Of a stretch of DNA of 64,000 nt, positions 1 to 8,750 are shown piece by piece. Source of the DNA: Minisyncoccota bacterium (GTDB taxonomy: Bacteria > Patescibacteriota > Minisyncoccia > Phycocordibacterales > UBA9973). The notes below the pieces were generated by a model. That model did not search any database, was not told the origin of the DNA, and saw nothing but the letters and a program-made list of their open reading frames with translations. Both the position numbers and the translations under genes were made by a program. Location: assembly GCA_036517375.1 (NCBI GenBank), contig DATDWM010000018.1, positions 9,004-73,003 of the forward strand, read 5' to 3'. Numbering within the stretch: position 1 is the stretch's first letter; every line of letters begins with the position of its first letter.

Positions 1-713
1 ATTTTCTTAACTTCAATACCAAACTTTTTAACATCAAGATTTTTATCTGCTTTATTGTACGCTATACCAAAACCTCCACCGAAATCCAAATACTTTAATT
101 CAGGGAAAAGAAGCGCTGTAGTGAGTAACTTTTTCATTGCCTTGGAAAGGATTAAGGCGTCTAAGACATTTGACCCGATGTGTTGATGTAGGCCGGTGAT
201 TTTCAAGTTGTATTTTTGAGCTATTTTTTTTAAATCTTTAATTTGGGATATGTCTATACCGAATTTACTATCCGGGCCACCAGTAATGACGTGGGAATGG
301 TGTCCAGCGCCGATGCCTTGGTTAAGCCGCACAGATATTTCCGTTCCTGGGAAATTTTTACCTACTACTAGAACTTGCTGTAAAGAATCTAAGTGAACTT
401 TTATTCCTTGTTTAATAACTGAGGTGAGTTCCTGTTCCGAGATATTACTGCAGGTGAAAATTATTTTAGATACTGGTACGTCAGCTTTCTTTGCTATTCT
501 GATTTCTCCAGGACTCACTGTTTCAATACCAAAGCCTTCTTTGTAGATAATCTTAATTATTTCAGGATTCGTATTTGCCTTACATGCGTAATATAAATTC
601 ATTCCTGGCAGGTTTTTCGAAAGCTCTCTACACTTGCTTTGGATAATTAGAGAATCGTATAAATAGATGGGTGTACCTGTTTCTTTGGTTATTTGAGCTA
701 GGCCCCTTTTCAT
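1..713 (-). CDS. lysA: diaminopimelate decarboxylase (partial, runs off window start)
   Basis: Manual translation from ATG 713: MKRGLAQITKETGTPIYLYD..YYACKAN (PLP Lys)..ETVSPGE..TGGPDSKFG..GLHQHIGS..LDFGGGFG. Confidence 0.85.
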   Translation of the reverse strand, partial: MKRGLAQITKETGTPIYLYDSLIIQSKCRELSKNLPGMNLYYACKANTNPEIIKIIYKEGFGIETVSPGEIRIAKKADVPVSKIIFTCSNISEQELTSVIKQGIKVHLDSLQQVLVVGKNFPGTEISVRLNQGIGAGHHSHVITGGPDSKFGIDISQIKDLKKIAQKYNLKITGLHQHIGSNVLDALILSKAMKKLLTTALLFPELKYLDFGGGFGIAYNKADKNLDVKKFGIEVKK

Positions 714-722
714 AACAACACT

Positions 723-2726
723 CTACAACAAATCCTCGGGATCTACAAATACGTCAAAGTTAGGTGGCAGAGACATTATTTTAGATAAAAGTTCTTGATC
801 AAGGCTGGAATTAAGAGAAAGTTCAGGCAGAGACCATTTTTGTGGATCGAGCTTGATTAGGGTATTGGTGACGTATTTACCCTTCCGTTTTACGTGGAAG
901 CCGCTGAAAATCTCAGGAGAGTATCCCTTGAAAATCTCCCTAAGTAGTTCCTTGGCTCTGTCTGTTTGTAACTTGTCGCCTAGGTGTACTATTTTTATAA
1001 AACGTTTCCATGGCGGATAGTCCATCTTCTTTCTATCAGCTAATTCCTCCCGTACAAAGGAGAGTAAGTTGCCACTTTTTATGGCTAGTATCGCCGGATC
1101 GTCCACATTTTTTGTTTGAATAATGAACATAGAGGCTGTCTGGTGAATTATTGAAATCACAAGCTCGGTCATCTTCTCGCTTATTCTAAAGTTCGGTATG
1201 CTCCAGAATGAGTCAAATGAAGCTACGATAGAAAGATGCACCTTTTCTTTCAAATAAAATAGAGCCATCTCAGTGCCGATAAGTATTGACCCGGGAGTAC
1301 TCTCGAACTCCTCTACTATTTTCTCCGCTTCCTTGGCGGAATGCACAGAGTCCCTGTCTAATTTAAATATCTTTGTTTTCTTTCCCCCGCCTGTTGGACG
1401 GGCAGGCTTTTGAAATATTTCCTTCACTTTCTCGTGCACGGTGTCCGTGCCGATGCCTAAAGGCATCAAGTTCCAGCTTTTGCAATTTACGCAGGCCGTA
1501 TCCGGAGCTATTTCGCGGTGGCATCTGTTGCAGGCAAACATTCTTTTCTTGCCATCTCGGGAGAGGTACAGGACTACCGGCGCGCCGCACTTTTCACACA
1601 GAACTGTATTGTTGCAGTCCTTGCACACTGTCATAGTGGCAAGGCCCTTCCTTAAAGAAAAGATAAAAACATTTCGGTCTTTGTCTACCGCTCTCTCTAT
1701 ATTTTTAATACTTTCATCAGTTAGAATTTTAAATTCTTTTCTTTCGATGCGTGAAGTGGGCTCTTTACCTATTATTTTTATCTCCCCATCAAAGTCTATT
1801 CGGAAAGAAAGTGGGCTCACGTTTGTAACCCCGTCGAGTTCACTCCGGGCACTGGTTTCAAAGCGTAGCAAGGTATCACCTAAAATAAATTTCACATTCA
1901 TTTTAGCGGCAAATATTTCTACGAAGACTCGCAGGTCCAGGTGTGGTCGAGATATTGATTTGTAGCCGTTCGAGCTTTCATGTTCTAGGATAATAACTCC
2001 AATGTCCGGGCGGGGGATAGATAGAAAGGGGGCGGTACCTATAATGAGCACCGGATGCTCTGTTTCTATCACGCGCTCTATGCGCTCCAGAGTTTTTTTA
2101 TTCCCGAGACCGCTGTGAATGTAGAAAGTGAACTTTTCTATCCCCTTGGATAGGGATTCATGGAAGTTTTTTATATCATGTTCGGTGGGGAGCACGATGA
2201 AAACCGACTTTTTCTGCGCAAAGGAGCTACGGATTAGAGTTTTATAAAAAGAAACGCGCTCCGGAAGGGGAGCTTGGAAAAGTAATTTTTCTGTTCGAAT
2301 ATTTTTCCCGCCCACCGTGGATTCACCCTGGACACTACTATTATTTAATTCTTTATTCTTCCACTTTGATATTTTGTCATACTCTTCTCGCAAGACTGCC
2401 GGCAGTAGGTGGGTGACTACGTCATTTTTCCTAGCGGCAAAATACTTGGCCGTATCAAAGGCCGACTCTATGTATTCTTTTTTAAAGATGGAATGTTCCT
2501 TAACCTCGATTATTTTCTTCAGGTTGAAATTCATCTCTTTAACTTCGGATTTCGCGCCGCTTAATTCTTCCGAGGATACTACTAAGCCTAGAGTTTTACT
2601 GTTACGTAAGGACACGTTCACGATACTACCATCTGGTATTTCCAGACTGCTGAAATAGGTTAAATCGCTTTTCCAGACACCTTTCTTTAAGGGAATTACT
2701 GTCACTATTTTCATACCAGTGCTCAT
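723..2726 (-). CDS. priA: primosomal protein N' (PriA), helicase motifs degenerate
   Basis: N-terminal 3'-binding-type domain, four CxxC (CKDC, CEKC, CNRC, CVNC), GIGT, IGTE, YPP; TG-n-TAGAAT 6 nt before ATG. Confidence 0.85.
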   Translation of the reverse strand: MSTGMKIVTVIPLKKGVWKSDLTYFSSLEIPDGSIVNVSLRNSKTLGLVVSSEELSGAKSEVKEMNFNLKKIIEVKEHSIFKKEYIESAFDTAKYFAARKNDVVTHLLPAVLREEYDKISKWKNKELNNSSVQGESTVGGKNIRTEKLLFQAPLPERVSFYKTLIRSSFAQKKSVFIVLPTEHDIKNFHESLSKGIEKFTFYIHSGLGNKKTLERIERVIETEHPVLIIGTAPFLSIPRPDIGVIILEHESSNGYKSISRPHLDLRVFVEIFAAKMNVKFILGDTLLRFETSARSELDGVTNVSPLSFRIDFDGEIKIIGKEPTSRIERKEFKILTDESIKNIERAVDKDRNVFIFSLRKGLATMTVCKDCNNTVLCEKCGAPVVLYLSRDGKKRMFACNRCHREIAPDTACVNCKSWNLMPLGIGTDTVHEKVKEIFQKPARPTGGGKKTKIFKLDRDSVHSAKEAEKIVEEFESTPGSILIGTEMALFYLKEKVHLSIVASFDSFWSIPNFRISEKMTELVISIIHQTASMFIIQTKNVDDPAILAIKSGNLLSFVREELADRKKMDYPPWKRFIKIVHLGDKLQTDRAKELLREIFKGYSPEIFSGFHVKRKGKYVTNTLIKLDPQKWSLPELSLNSSLDQELLSKIMSLPPNFDVFVDPEDLL
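1386..1406. repeat. 21-nt imperfect palindrome, in frame within priA
   Basis: CCCGCCTGT-TGG-ACGGGCAGG; lies in the KPARPTGGG segment. Confidence 0.55.
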
Positions 2727-2743
2727 CCTAGGATTCTAACACA

Positions 2744-2809
2744 AATGTAATATACCCCCACACCTATTACTTACCTTGATTAAAAATAGGTGTGGGGGTA
2801 TATTACATT
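2744..2809. repeat. perfect 25-bp inverted repeat in the priA/mreB divergent intergenic region
   Basis: AATGTAATATACCCCCACACCTATT (2744-2768) and its reverse complement (2785-2809), 16-nt spacer. Confidence 0.95.
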
Positions 2810-2810
2810 A

Positions 2811-3824
2811 ATGGGAATTTTTTCCAAAAAATTAGGCATAGATTTGGGCACGGCCAATACTTTAGTGTTTCTACCCGGCAAAGGAATCGTGCTAAATGAG
2901 CCTTCAGTTGTGGCCGTTTCGGAACAAGATAATAAAATTTTAGCTATCGGGTTTGAAGCTAAAGACATGATTGGTAAAACTCCAGAAGCGATAATTACCT
3001 ACCTGCCGATGAAAGACGGAGTTATTGCGGACTACCGTGTGACGGAGGCAATGCTTAAATATTTTATCAACAAAGCCATGGGGCGGTTTAATCTTTTTAA
3101 GCCGGATGTGATGGTGTCCGTACCTGCGGGCGTTACTTCAACCGAAAGACGTGCGGTGGTAGAAGCCGCGGTACGAGCAGGAGCGAAGAATGCGTATGTA
3201 GTTAAGGAGCCGATCCTAGCGGCGATAGGCGCAGGGATACCCATACATGAGTCCAAGGGCTACATGGTGGTAGATATCGGAGGAGGCACGACGGATGTCG
3301 CGGTGATCTCGCTCGGCGGAATTGTGGCTTCCACTTCCGTGAAATGCGCGGGTAATAAAATTGATCAAGCTATTGCGGATTATATTAAAAGAACTTTCAA
3401 CTTAGCTATCGGAGACCGGACAGCGGAAGAAGTAAAAATAAAAATAGGCGCTGCGGTACCGCTTGAAGAAGAACTTAGGGTTACCATTAAGGGCCGGGAC
3501 TTTATTCAGGGGCTTCCTCGTTCCGCGCAGGTCGGAACCAATGAAATAGTTAAGGCGATAGATGGGGAATTGAAACACATCATCAAGGCGATCCGGGATG
3601 TCTTACAGGAAACTCCGCCCGAGCTTGCTTCCGACATTATGGACTTCGGCATCATTATGACTGGGGGATCATCCCAGTTGCGGAATTTAACAGATTTGGT
3701 TTATCGGAAGACTGGGGTTAAGGCAATACTCGCTCCGGACCCACTTTTCTGTGTCGTTAAGGGTACGGGTATAGCCCTCGAGCACTTGGATGTTTACAAG
3801 AAGACTGTTTTAAGTAAAAGATAA
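2811..3824 (+). CDS. mreB: rod shape-determining protein MreB
   Basis: GIDLGTANT, EPSVVA, DGVIAD, DIGGGTT, TGG actin-fold motifs; start chosen at ATG 2811 (TATATT 6 nt upstream). Confidence 0.95.
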   Translation: MGIFSKKLGIDLGTANTLVFLPGKGIVLNEPSVVAVSEQDNKILAIGFEAKDMIGKTPEAIITYLPMKDGVIADYRVTEAMLKYFINKAMGRFNLFKPDVMVSVPAGVTSTERRAVVEAAVRAGAKNAYVVKEPILAAIGAGIPIHESKGYMVVDIGGGTTDVAVISLGGIVASTSVKCAGNKIDQAIADYIKRTFNLAIGDRTAEEVKIKIGAAVPLEEELRVTIKGRDFIQGLPRSAQVGTNEIVKAIDGELKHIIKAIRDVLQETPPELASDIMDFGIIMTGGSSQLRNLTDLVYRKTGVKAILAPDPLFCVVKGTGIALEHLDVYKKTVLSKR

Positions 3825-3827
3825 AAT

Positions 3828-4529
3828 ATGAGCTTGAAAGAGCATCTAAATAAAAAAAATCTTCACCATGCGTATTTGATTGAAGGGGTGCGGGAAGAAA
3901 TGGTTCCTGAAATTTTATCCTTACTTCCTGAGTTAGGTGTAGAGGTCATGGGTAATTCTGACTTTGCTCATGTTACCCTCGATACATTTAAGGTGGAAGA
4001 TGCTAGGAATTTAAAATCATACGCTCTCGAGCGCGCAAATTCTGGTGGTAAAAAGGTATTTATCGTTGCAACCAATAACTTTTTACTCGAAGCGCAGAAT
4101 ACCTTACTTAAAATGTTTGAAGAACCGATAGAGAATACGCATTTTTTCCTAATAGTGCCAGATGCAAGCGCGCTACTTAAAACTTTTATTTCAAGATTTT
4201 ATTTCATCTCCGCTAGGCAAGACCTAGCGGTAGAATTAAAAGAGGCCGAGAAGTTTATAGCCATGAACCCGAGCGCGCGGATTAATTTTATTAAAGAATT
4301 ACTTGCGGAAAATGAAGATGACGATGAAGCGCTTGCTCTCGACTCCAGTCGCGCAAAGGCACTAAGGTTCCTAAACGAACTAGAAAGTGCTCTCCATAAG
4401 AACCCTGTGTCAAGGATGCCCCTTGACACGTACCAGCAAATTTTCCAAGTTCGTAAATTCTTACGCATGCCGGGGAGTTCTACGAAAAGCCTGATGGAAT
4501 CTGTCGCATTGGTTATCCCTGTGATATAA
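3828..4529 (+). CDS. holB: DNA polymerase III delta-prime-like subunit (short)
   Basis: LHHAYLIEG, KKVFIV, EAQNTLLKMFEEP, LLKTFISR. Confidence 0.75.
   Translation: MSLKEHLNKKNLHHAYLIEGVREEMVPEILSLLPELGVEVMGNSDFAHVTLDTFKVEDARNLKSYALERANSGGKKVFIVATNNFLLEAQNTLLKMFEEPIENTHFFLIVPDASALLKTFISRFYFISARQDLAVELKEAEKFIAMNPSARINFIKELLAENEDDDEALALDSSRAKALRFLNELESALHKNPVSRMPLDTYQQIFQVRKFLRMPGSSTKSLMESVALVIPVI
4407..4429. repeat. palindrome inside holB
   Basis: GTGTCAAGG-ATGCC-CCTTGACAC, perfect 9-bp arms. Confidence 0.7.
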
Positions 4530-4536
4530 TGAGCGT

Positions 4537-5088
4537 ATGCAATACAACTTTTCCAATTTTAAAACTGAATTAAAGAGGGTAGAAGATTTTTTAGGTAGTA
4601 CTTACAGCCAGCTCAACATCGGCCGGGCATCACCTATGGTGCTAGATGGTGTTTCCGTAGAGTCCTACGGTTCCTATGTGCCGCTTAAGAACGTGGCTTC
4701 AGTGTCTATCGAAGACCCGAAAACTCTCCGCATTGCGCCTTGGGACAAAAGTCAGATCAAGGATATTGAACGCGCGATAGTGGGGTCGAATTTAGGATTA
4801 TCTGTGGCAACTGATGATGGAGGCATAAGAGTAATATTTCCTCAGCTGACTACCGAAACCAGGCAGACACTGGTCAAAGTTTTAAAAGAGAAGCTTGAAG
4901 AAGCCAGGATTACTGTGCGCCGCGAGCGGGAAGTTGTTTCAAGTGACATAGAGGCCAAGGAAAAAGAAGCCAAGCTTACCGAAGACGATAAATTCCGAGC
5001 CAAGGAAGAATTGCAGAAAATTATTAATGAAGTAAACGCTAACCTAGAAGGAATTTTTGAAAAGAAAGAGCGTGAAGTAATGGGGTAG
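4537..5088 (+). CDS. frr: ribosome recycling factor
   Basis: GRASP, V-SYG, IAPWDKS, FPQLTTETR, EARITVRR, KKEREVM. Confidence 0.93.
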   Translation: MQYNFSNFKTELKRVEDFLGSTYSQLNIGRASPMVLDGVSVESYGSYVPLKNVASVSIEDPKTLRIAPWDKSQIKDIERAIVGSNLGLSVATDDGGIRVIFPQLTTETRQTLVKVLKEKLEEARITVRREREVVSSDIEAKEKEAKLTEDDKFRAKEELQKIINEVNANLEGIFEKKEREVMG

Positions 5089-5097
5089 AATAAAAAA

Positions 5098-6222
5098 ATG
5101 AGCGTAATAATATTCATCATAATCTTATTAGTGCTGGTTGTCGTCCATGAGTTTGGGCACTTTTTTGCCGCGAAGAGATTCGGCATTCGAGTGGATGAAT
5201 TCGGATTTGGTTTTCCGCCAAAGTTATTCGGCTGGAAGTACAAGGAGACGGAGTACACCTTTAACCTCTTTCCAGTGGGTGGCTTTGTAAAAATATTTGG
5301 TGAGACACCTAATGCAGAAAATATAAGTGGTCCGGACAGCGCGCGGAGCTTCGTCAATAAAGCTAAATGGAAGCAAGCCATAGTGCTCTTTGCTGGAGTC
5401 TTTATGAATTTTATTCTCGCCTGGATATTGTTTTCCTTCGGACTAATGTCCGGACTGCCAACGTCCGTCGGTAGTGCTCTGCCTGGGTATGAGCTCGAAG
5501 ATGTAAATTTGATTGTAGTGTCGGTGAATCCAGAATCTCCAGCCGCATTAGCAGGACTCAAGCCCGGGGATGCTATTGTCTCGGTGGCAAGCTTGCCAGT
5601 AAAAGCCGGAGAGGAGAGTGAAAACTTGCAAGAAATTAATCCTGATACTTTGAAATCCTTCGTCGTCTCTCGCCCTAATAAAGAAATCGAAATAGGCTAC
5701 ACTCGCGGTAAAAATGACGAAGATATAAAATTTGTAAGCCTGATACCAACCCCAAGTGTTGTCGACGGTAGGCCAGCCATAGGCATATCCATGGATCAAA
5801 TAGGTACGACCAAATTGCCCTTTTTCGTGGCCTTAAAGGAGGGAATGAGAGTAACTCTATATATCACCAAAGACACTGCTGTGGGGCTTTATACGCTTAT
5901 TGTAGAAGGTTTAAAGGGTCAAGGTAGCTTGGCTGGTGTTACTGGGCCAGTAGGAATGGTGGGTATTGTAGGGGACGCGTATGACTTCGGCTTTGCCTAC
6001 TTGCTGTCCTTCGCGGCACTGATTTCGATAAACTTGGCAATAATAAATTTACTTCCATTCCCGGCGCTCGACGGTGGCAGACTACTCTTTCTTTTAATTG
6101 AAAAAATTAAAGGTTCAGTCATGAGTCCGAAGATTGCAAACACTGCTAACCTTGTTGGCTTTGTGATTCTAATTCTTCTTATGGTCCTAGTTACCTATCA
6201 TGACATCACTAGGTTGTTCTAA
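5098..6222 (+). CDS. rseP: site-2 protease RseP (M50 zinc metalloprotease with PDZ)
   Basis: HEFGH, FGFGFPP, PVGGFV, NLLPFPALDGG. Confidence 0.92.
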   Translation: MSVIIFIIILLVLVVVHEFGHFFAAKRFGIRVDEFGFGFPPKLFGWKYKETEYTFNLFPVGGFVKIFGETPNAENISGPDSARSFVNKAKWKQAIVLFAGVFMNFILAWILFSFGLMSGLPTSVGSALPGYELEDVNLIVVSVNPESPAALAGLKPGDAIVSVASLPVKAGEESENLQEINPDTLKSFVVSRPNKEIEIGYTRGKNDEDIKFVSLIPTPSVVDGRPAIGISMDQIGTTKLPFFVALKEGMRVTLYITKDTAVGLYTLIVEGLKGQGSLAGVTGPVGMVGIVGDAYDFGFAYLLSFAALISINLAIINLLPFPALDGGRLLFLLIEKIKGSVMSPKIANTANLVGFVILILLMVLVTYHDITRLF

Positions 6223-6272
6223 TGTTCTAACGAACGATAGAATGATATTTAAACATTTTGCAAAATATCAGA

Positions 6273-7985
6273 ATGAAAGAAAGTGAAATAAGAAATTGTC
6301 AGAATTGCAAAACAGACTTCACGATAGAAACTGAAGATTTTAACTTCTACGAAAAAATAAAAGTTCCGCCCCCAACTTTTTGCCCAGAGTGTCGTTTGAT
6401 GCGACGTTTTATGCATACAAGCGAAACTGTTTTATATAAAAGGAAGTGTGATTTTTCTGGTAAAGAAATATTTAGCATGCATCCTGAGGGAGCAGAATTT
6501 CCTGTTTATGATACTGATATCTGGTATTCGGACGCCTGGGATCCTTATGCGTATGGAATGGATTACAACCCCAGTCGTCCATTCTTAGAACAATATTTTG
6601 AACTTCAAAGAAAGATACCTCGTATGTCTATCGTGAGACAAGGCATGGCTGTTAATAGTCCTTACGCACACCGAGTCACTGACCCTAAAAATGCGTATAT
6701 GGTCTTTCGTAGTTCTTATGCAGAAAATTCTTTTTATGTTTATAACGGTAAAAAACATGTCATGGATTGTTGTGACTGCTCCTGGATTTTTGAATGTGAG
6801 CTCTGTTATGAATGCGTGAATTGTGCCAATTGTTACAATGTAAAATTTGGGCAAGAAAGCAAAGATTCTCGAGACTGTTCTTTCATTTATGCATGCAGAA
6901 ACAGTTCTAATTGTGTAGGGTGTGTGAATTTAGTAAATGCGGAGTACTGTATCTGGAACAAAAAATATACAAAAGAAGAATACTTTAAAAAGATTAAGGA
7001 AATGGAATTAAACACTTTCTCCGGTATCGAAAAAATAAAAGTCGAATTTGAAAATTTCAGAAAGACATTTCCACAAAGATCAACTATGTCTATAAAATCC
7101 GATGATGTATCCGGTAACTGGTTTTTAAATAGTAAGAATGTTCACAAATCTTTTGACTGCGAGGGGGTAAAAGACGGGAAATATCTATTTATGGTGTTTG
7201 ATGCACAGGACTGCATGGACTATTTTGAATGGGGTAATAAAGCAGAGCAGATATACGAATCGCAAAATTGCGGACTTGATATTGCACGGCTTTATTTCTG
7301 TAATCAGTGTTGGGCGGGAGCACATGACCTTTATTATTGTGATCTTTGCCCTGGTGCACATGATTGTTTTGGTTGTGTTGGTCTTAAGAAAGGGGAATAT
7401 TCAATTTTAAATAAAAAATATCCAAAAAAAGAATATGAAGTTCTTAAAAAAGAAATCACAGAGCAGATGAAGAGAGTGCCCTATATAGACAAAAAAGGTT
7501 TAGAGTATCGATTTGGTGAAAATTTCCCTCCATCTTTTTCCGATCATGCTTATAATGAAACTATCGCTAATTATTATTATCCGCTTACTAAAGAGGAAAC
7601 AGAAAATACCGGGTATCGTTGGGCGGACAGAAAGAAAAGAAACTATGATGTTACACTGAAACCCGCAGACTTACCAGAAACAATAGGGGAAGTAAATGAT
7701 TTGATTTTAGGTGAAGTTATAGAATGTGCCGAAAAGGATAATCCGAATTCAGTGGGAGCGTATAGAATTGTAGAAAACGAACTATCTTTTTACCGAAGAA
7801 TGGATTTGCCTTTACCGAGAGTTTGTTTCGATATTAGACATATACGAAGAATGGATAAACGCCCGCCCTTAAAAATTATAAATCGCAACTGTTCAAAATG
7901 TAGTAAAGAGGTGGAAACAGTCTATACAGAGCACTATGCACCGATTTTATACTGTGAAAAGTGTTATCAGCAGGAGGTATATTAG
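6273..7985 (+). CDS. Cys-rich hypothetical protein (type common in CPR genomes)
   Basis: About 33 Cys, CxxC at both termini (CQNC, CPEC, CSKC, CEKC) and periodic internal Cys runs. Confidence 0.8.
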   Translation: MKESEIRNCQNCKTDFTIETEDFNFYEKIKVPPPTFCPECRLMRRFMHTSETVLYKRKCDFSGKEIFSMHPEGAEFPVYDTDIWYSDAWDPYAYGMDYNPSRPFLEQYFELQRKIPRMSIVRQGMAVNSPYAHRVTDPKNAYMVFRSSYAENSFYVYNGKKHVMDCCDCSWIFECELCYECVNCANCYNVKFGQESKDSRDCSFIYACRNSSNCVGCVNLVNAEYCIWNKKYTKEEYFKKIKEMELNTFSGIEKIKVEFENFRKTFPQRSTMSIKSDDVSGNWFLNSKNVHKSFDCEGVKDGKYLFMVFDAQDCMDYFEWGNKAEQIYESQNCGLDIARLYFCNQCWAGAHDLYYCDLCPGAHDCFGCVGLKKGEYSILNKKYPKKEYEVLKKEITEQMKRVPYIDKKGLEYRFGENFPPSFSDHAYNETIANYYYPLTKEETENTGYRWADRKKRNYDVTLKPADLPETIGEVNDLILGEVIECAEKDNPNSVGAYRIVENELSFYRRMDLPLPRVCFDIRHIRRMDKRPPLKIINRNCSKCSKEVETVYTEHYAPILYCEKCYQQEVY

Positions 7986-8021
7986 GGAACGGATATCAGC
8001 ATACTAGTAGGCGAGTATTTT

Positions 8022-8747
8022 ATGACAAAAATTAAATTAATTCATGAAGTTCGGGCGGTGAAGAGCAGGAAAGAACTTGCGAATATTGTGCGTGCGCAGA
8101 GGATAAGCGAGCGGGTGCTACAATTTATTATAAAAAAGATAAAGTCTGGTATAAGTGAAATACAAGTTGCTAATTTAATTAAAAAAGCATATATCAGCCA
8201 TGGCGTATATGTGTTATCTTTTCCGCCGATCGTAGCATTTGGTAAAAATACGTCCAATATTCACCACGAACCAGGGAAAAGTAAATTAAAGCGGGGAGAT
8301 ATCATTATGTTCGATTTCGGCTGTACTGTAAATCATTATTGTTCCGACATGACTCGCACGTATTTCTGGGGTAAGCCTTCTGCTAAGCAGAAGAAAGTTT
8401 ATGAAGCAGTTCTTGAGGCACAGAACATTGCACTCCGGAAAATTATGAATGGCGAAAAGCGAGCAAAGGTTATAGATGCCTCGGCTCGAAAATTTTTGGC
8501 TAAAAAATTTAGGAACAATTTCAAGCACGGCCTTGGTCATGGAGTAGGCACAGTCATACATGAGTGGCCGAACTTTAAACCCAAGAGTGAAGATATTCTG
8601 CCCATAGGCTGTGTGATGACAGTCGAGCCTGGGATTTACTTGAAAGACTTTGGCGGGGTACGCATAGAAGATATGGTATTAATTAGCAAAAAAGGAGGCA
8701 AAAACCTTACAAAAATTGCTAAAAATCTAGAAAGTGTTACATTATAA
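8022..8747 (+). CDS. M24 family Xaa-Pro aminopeptidase, catalytic domain only
   Basis: DFGC..SDMTRT, HGLGHGVG, HEWP, TVEPGIY, GGVRIED metal ligands. Confidence 0.88.
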   Translation: MTKIKLIHEVRAVKSRKELANIVRAQRISERVLQFIIKKIKSGISEIQVANLIKKAYISHGVYVLSFPPIVAFGKNTSNIHHEPGKSKLKRGDIIMFDFGCTVNHYCSDMTRTYFWGKPSAKQKKVYEAVLEAQNIALRKIMNGEKRAKVIDASARKFLAKKFRNNFKHGLGHGVGTVIHEWPNFKPKSEDILPIGCVMTVEPGIYLKDFGGVRIEDMVLISKKGGKNLTKIAKNLESVTL

Positions 8748-8750
8748 GGG

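Noticed and set aside
4842-5561. 239-aa minus-strand ORF, and similar antisense ORFs such as 1441-1965, 41376-41864 and 62650-63297
   Set aside because: Shadow frames opposite well-supported genes, with Ser/Phe-rich composition and no motifs.
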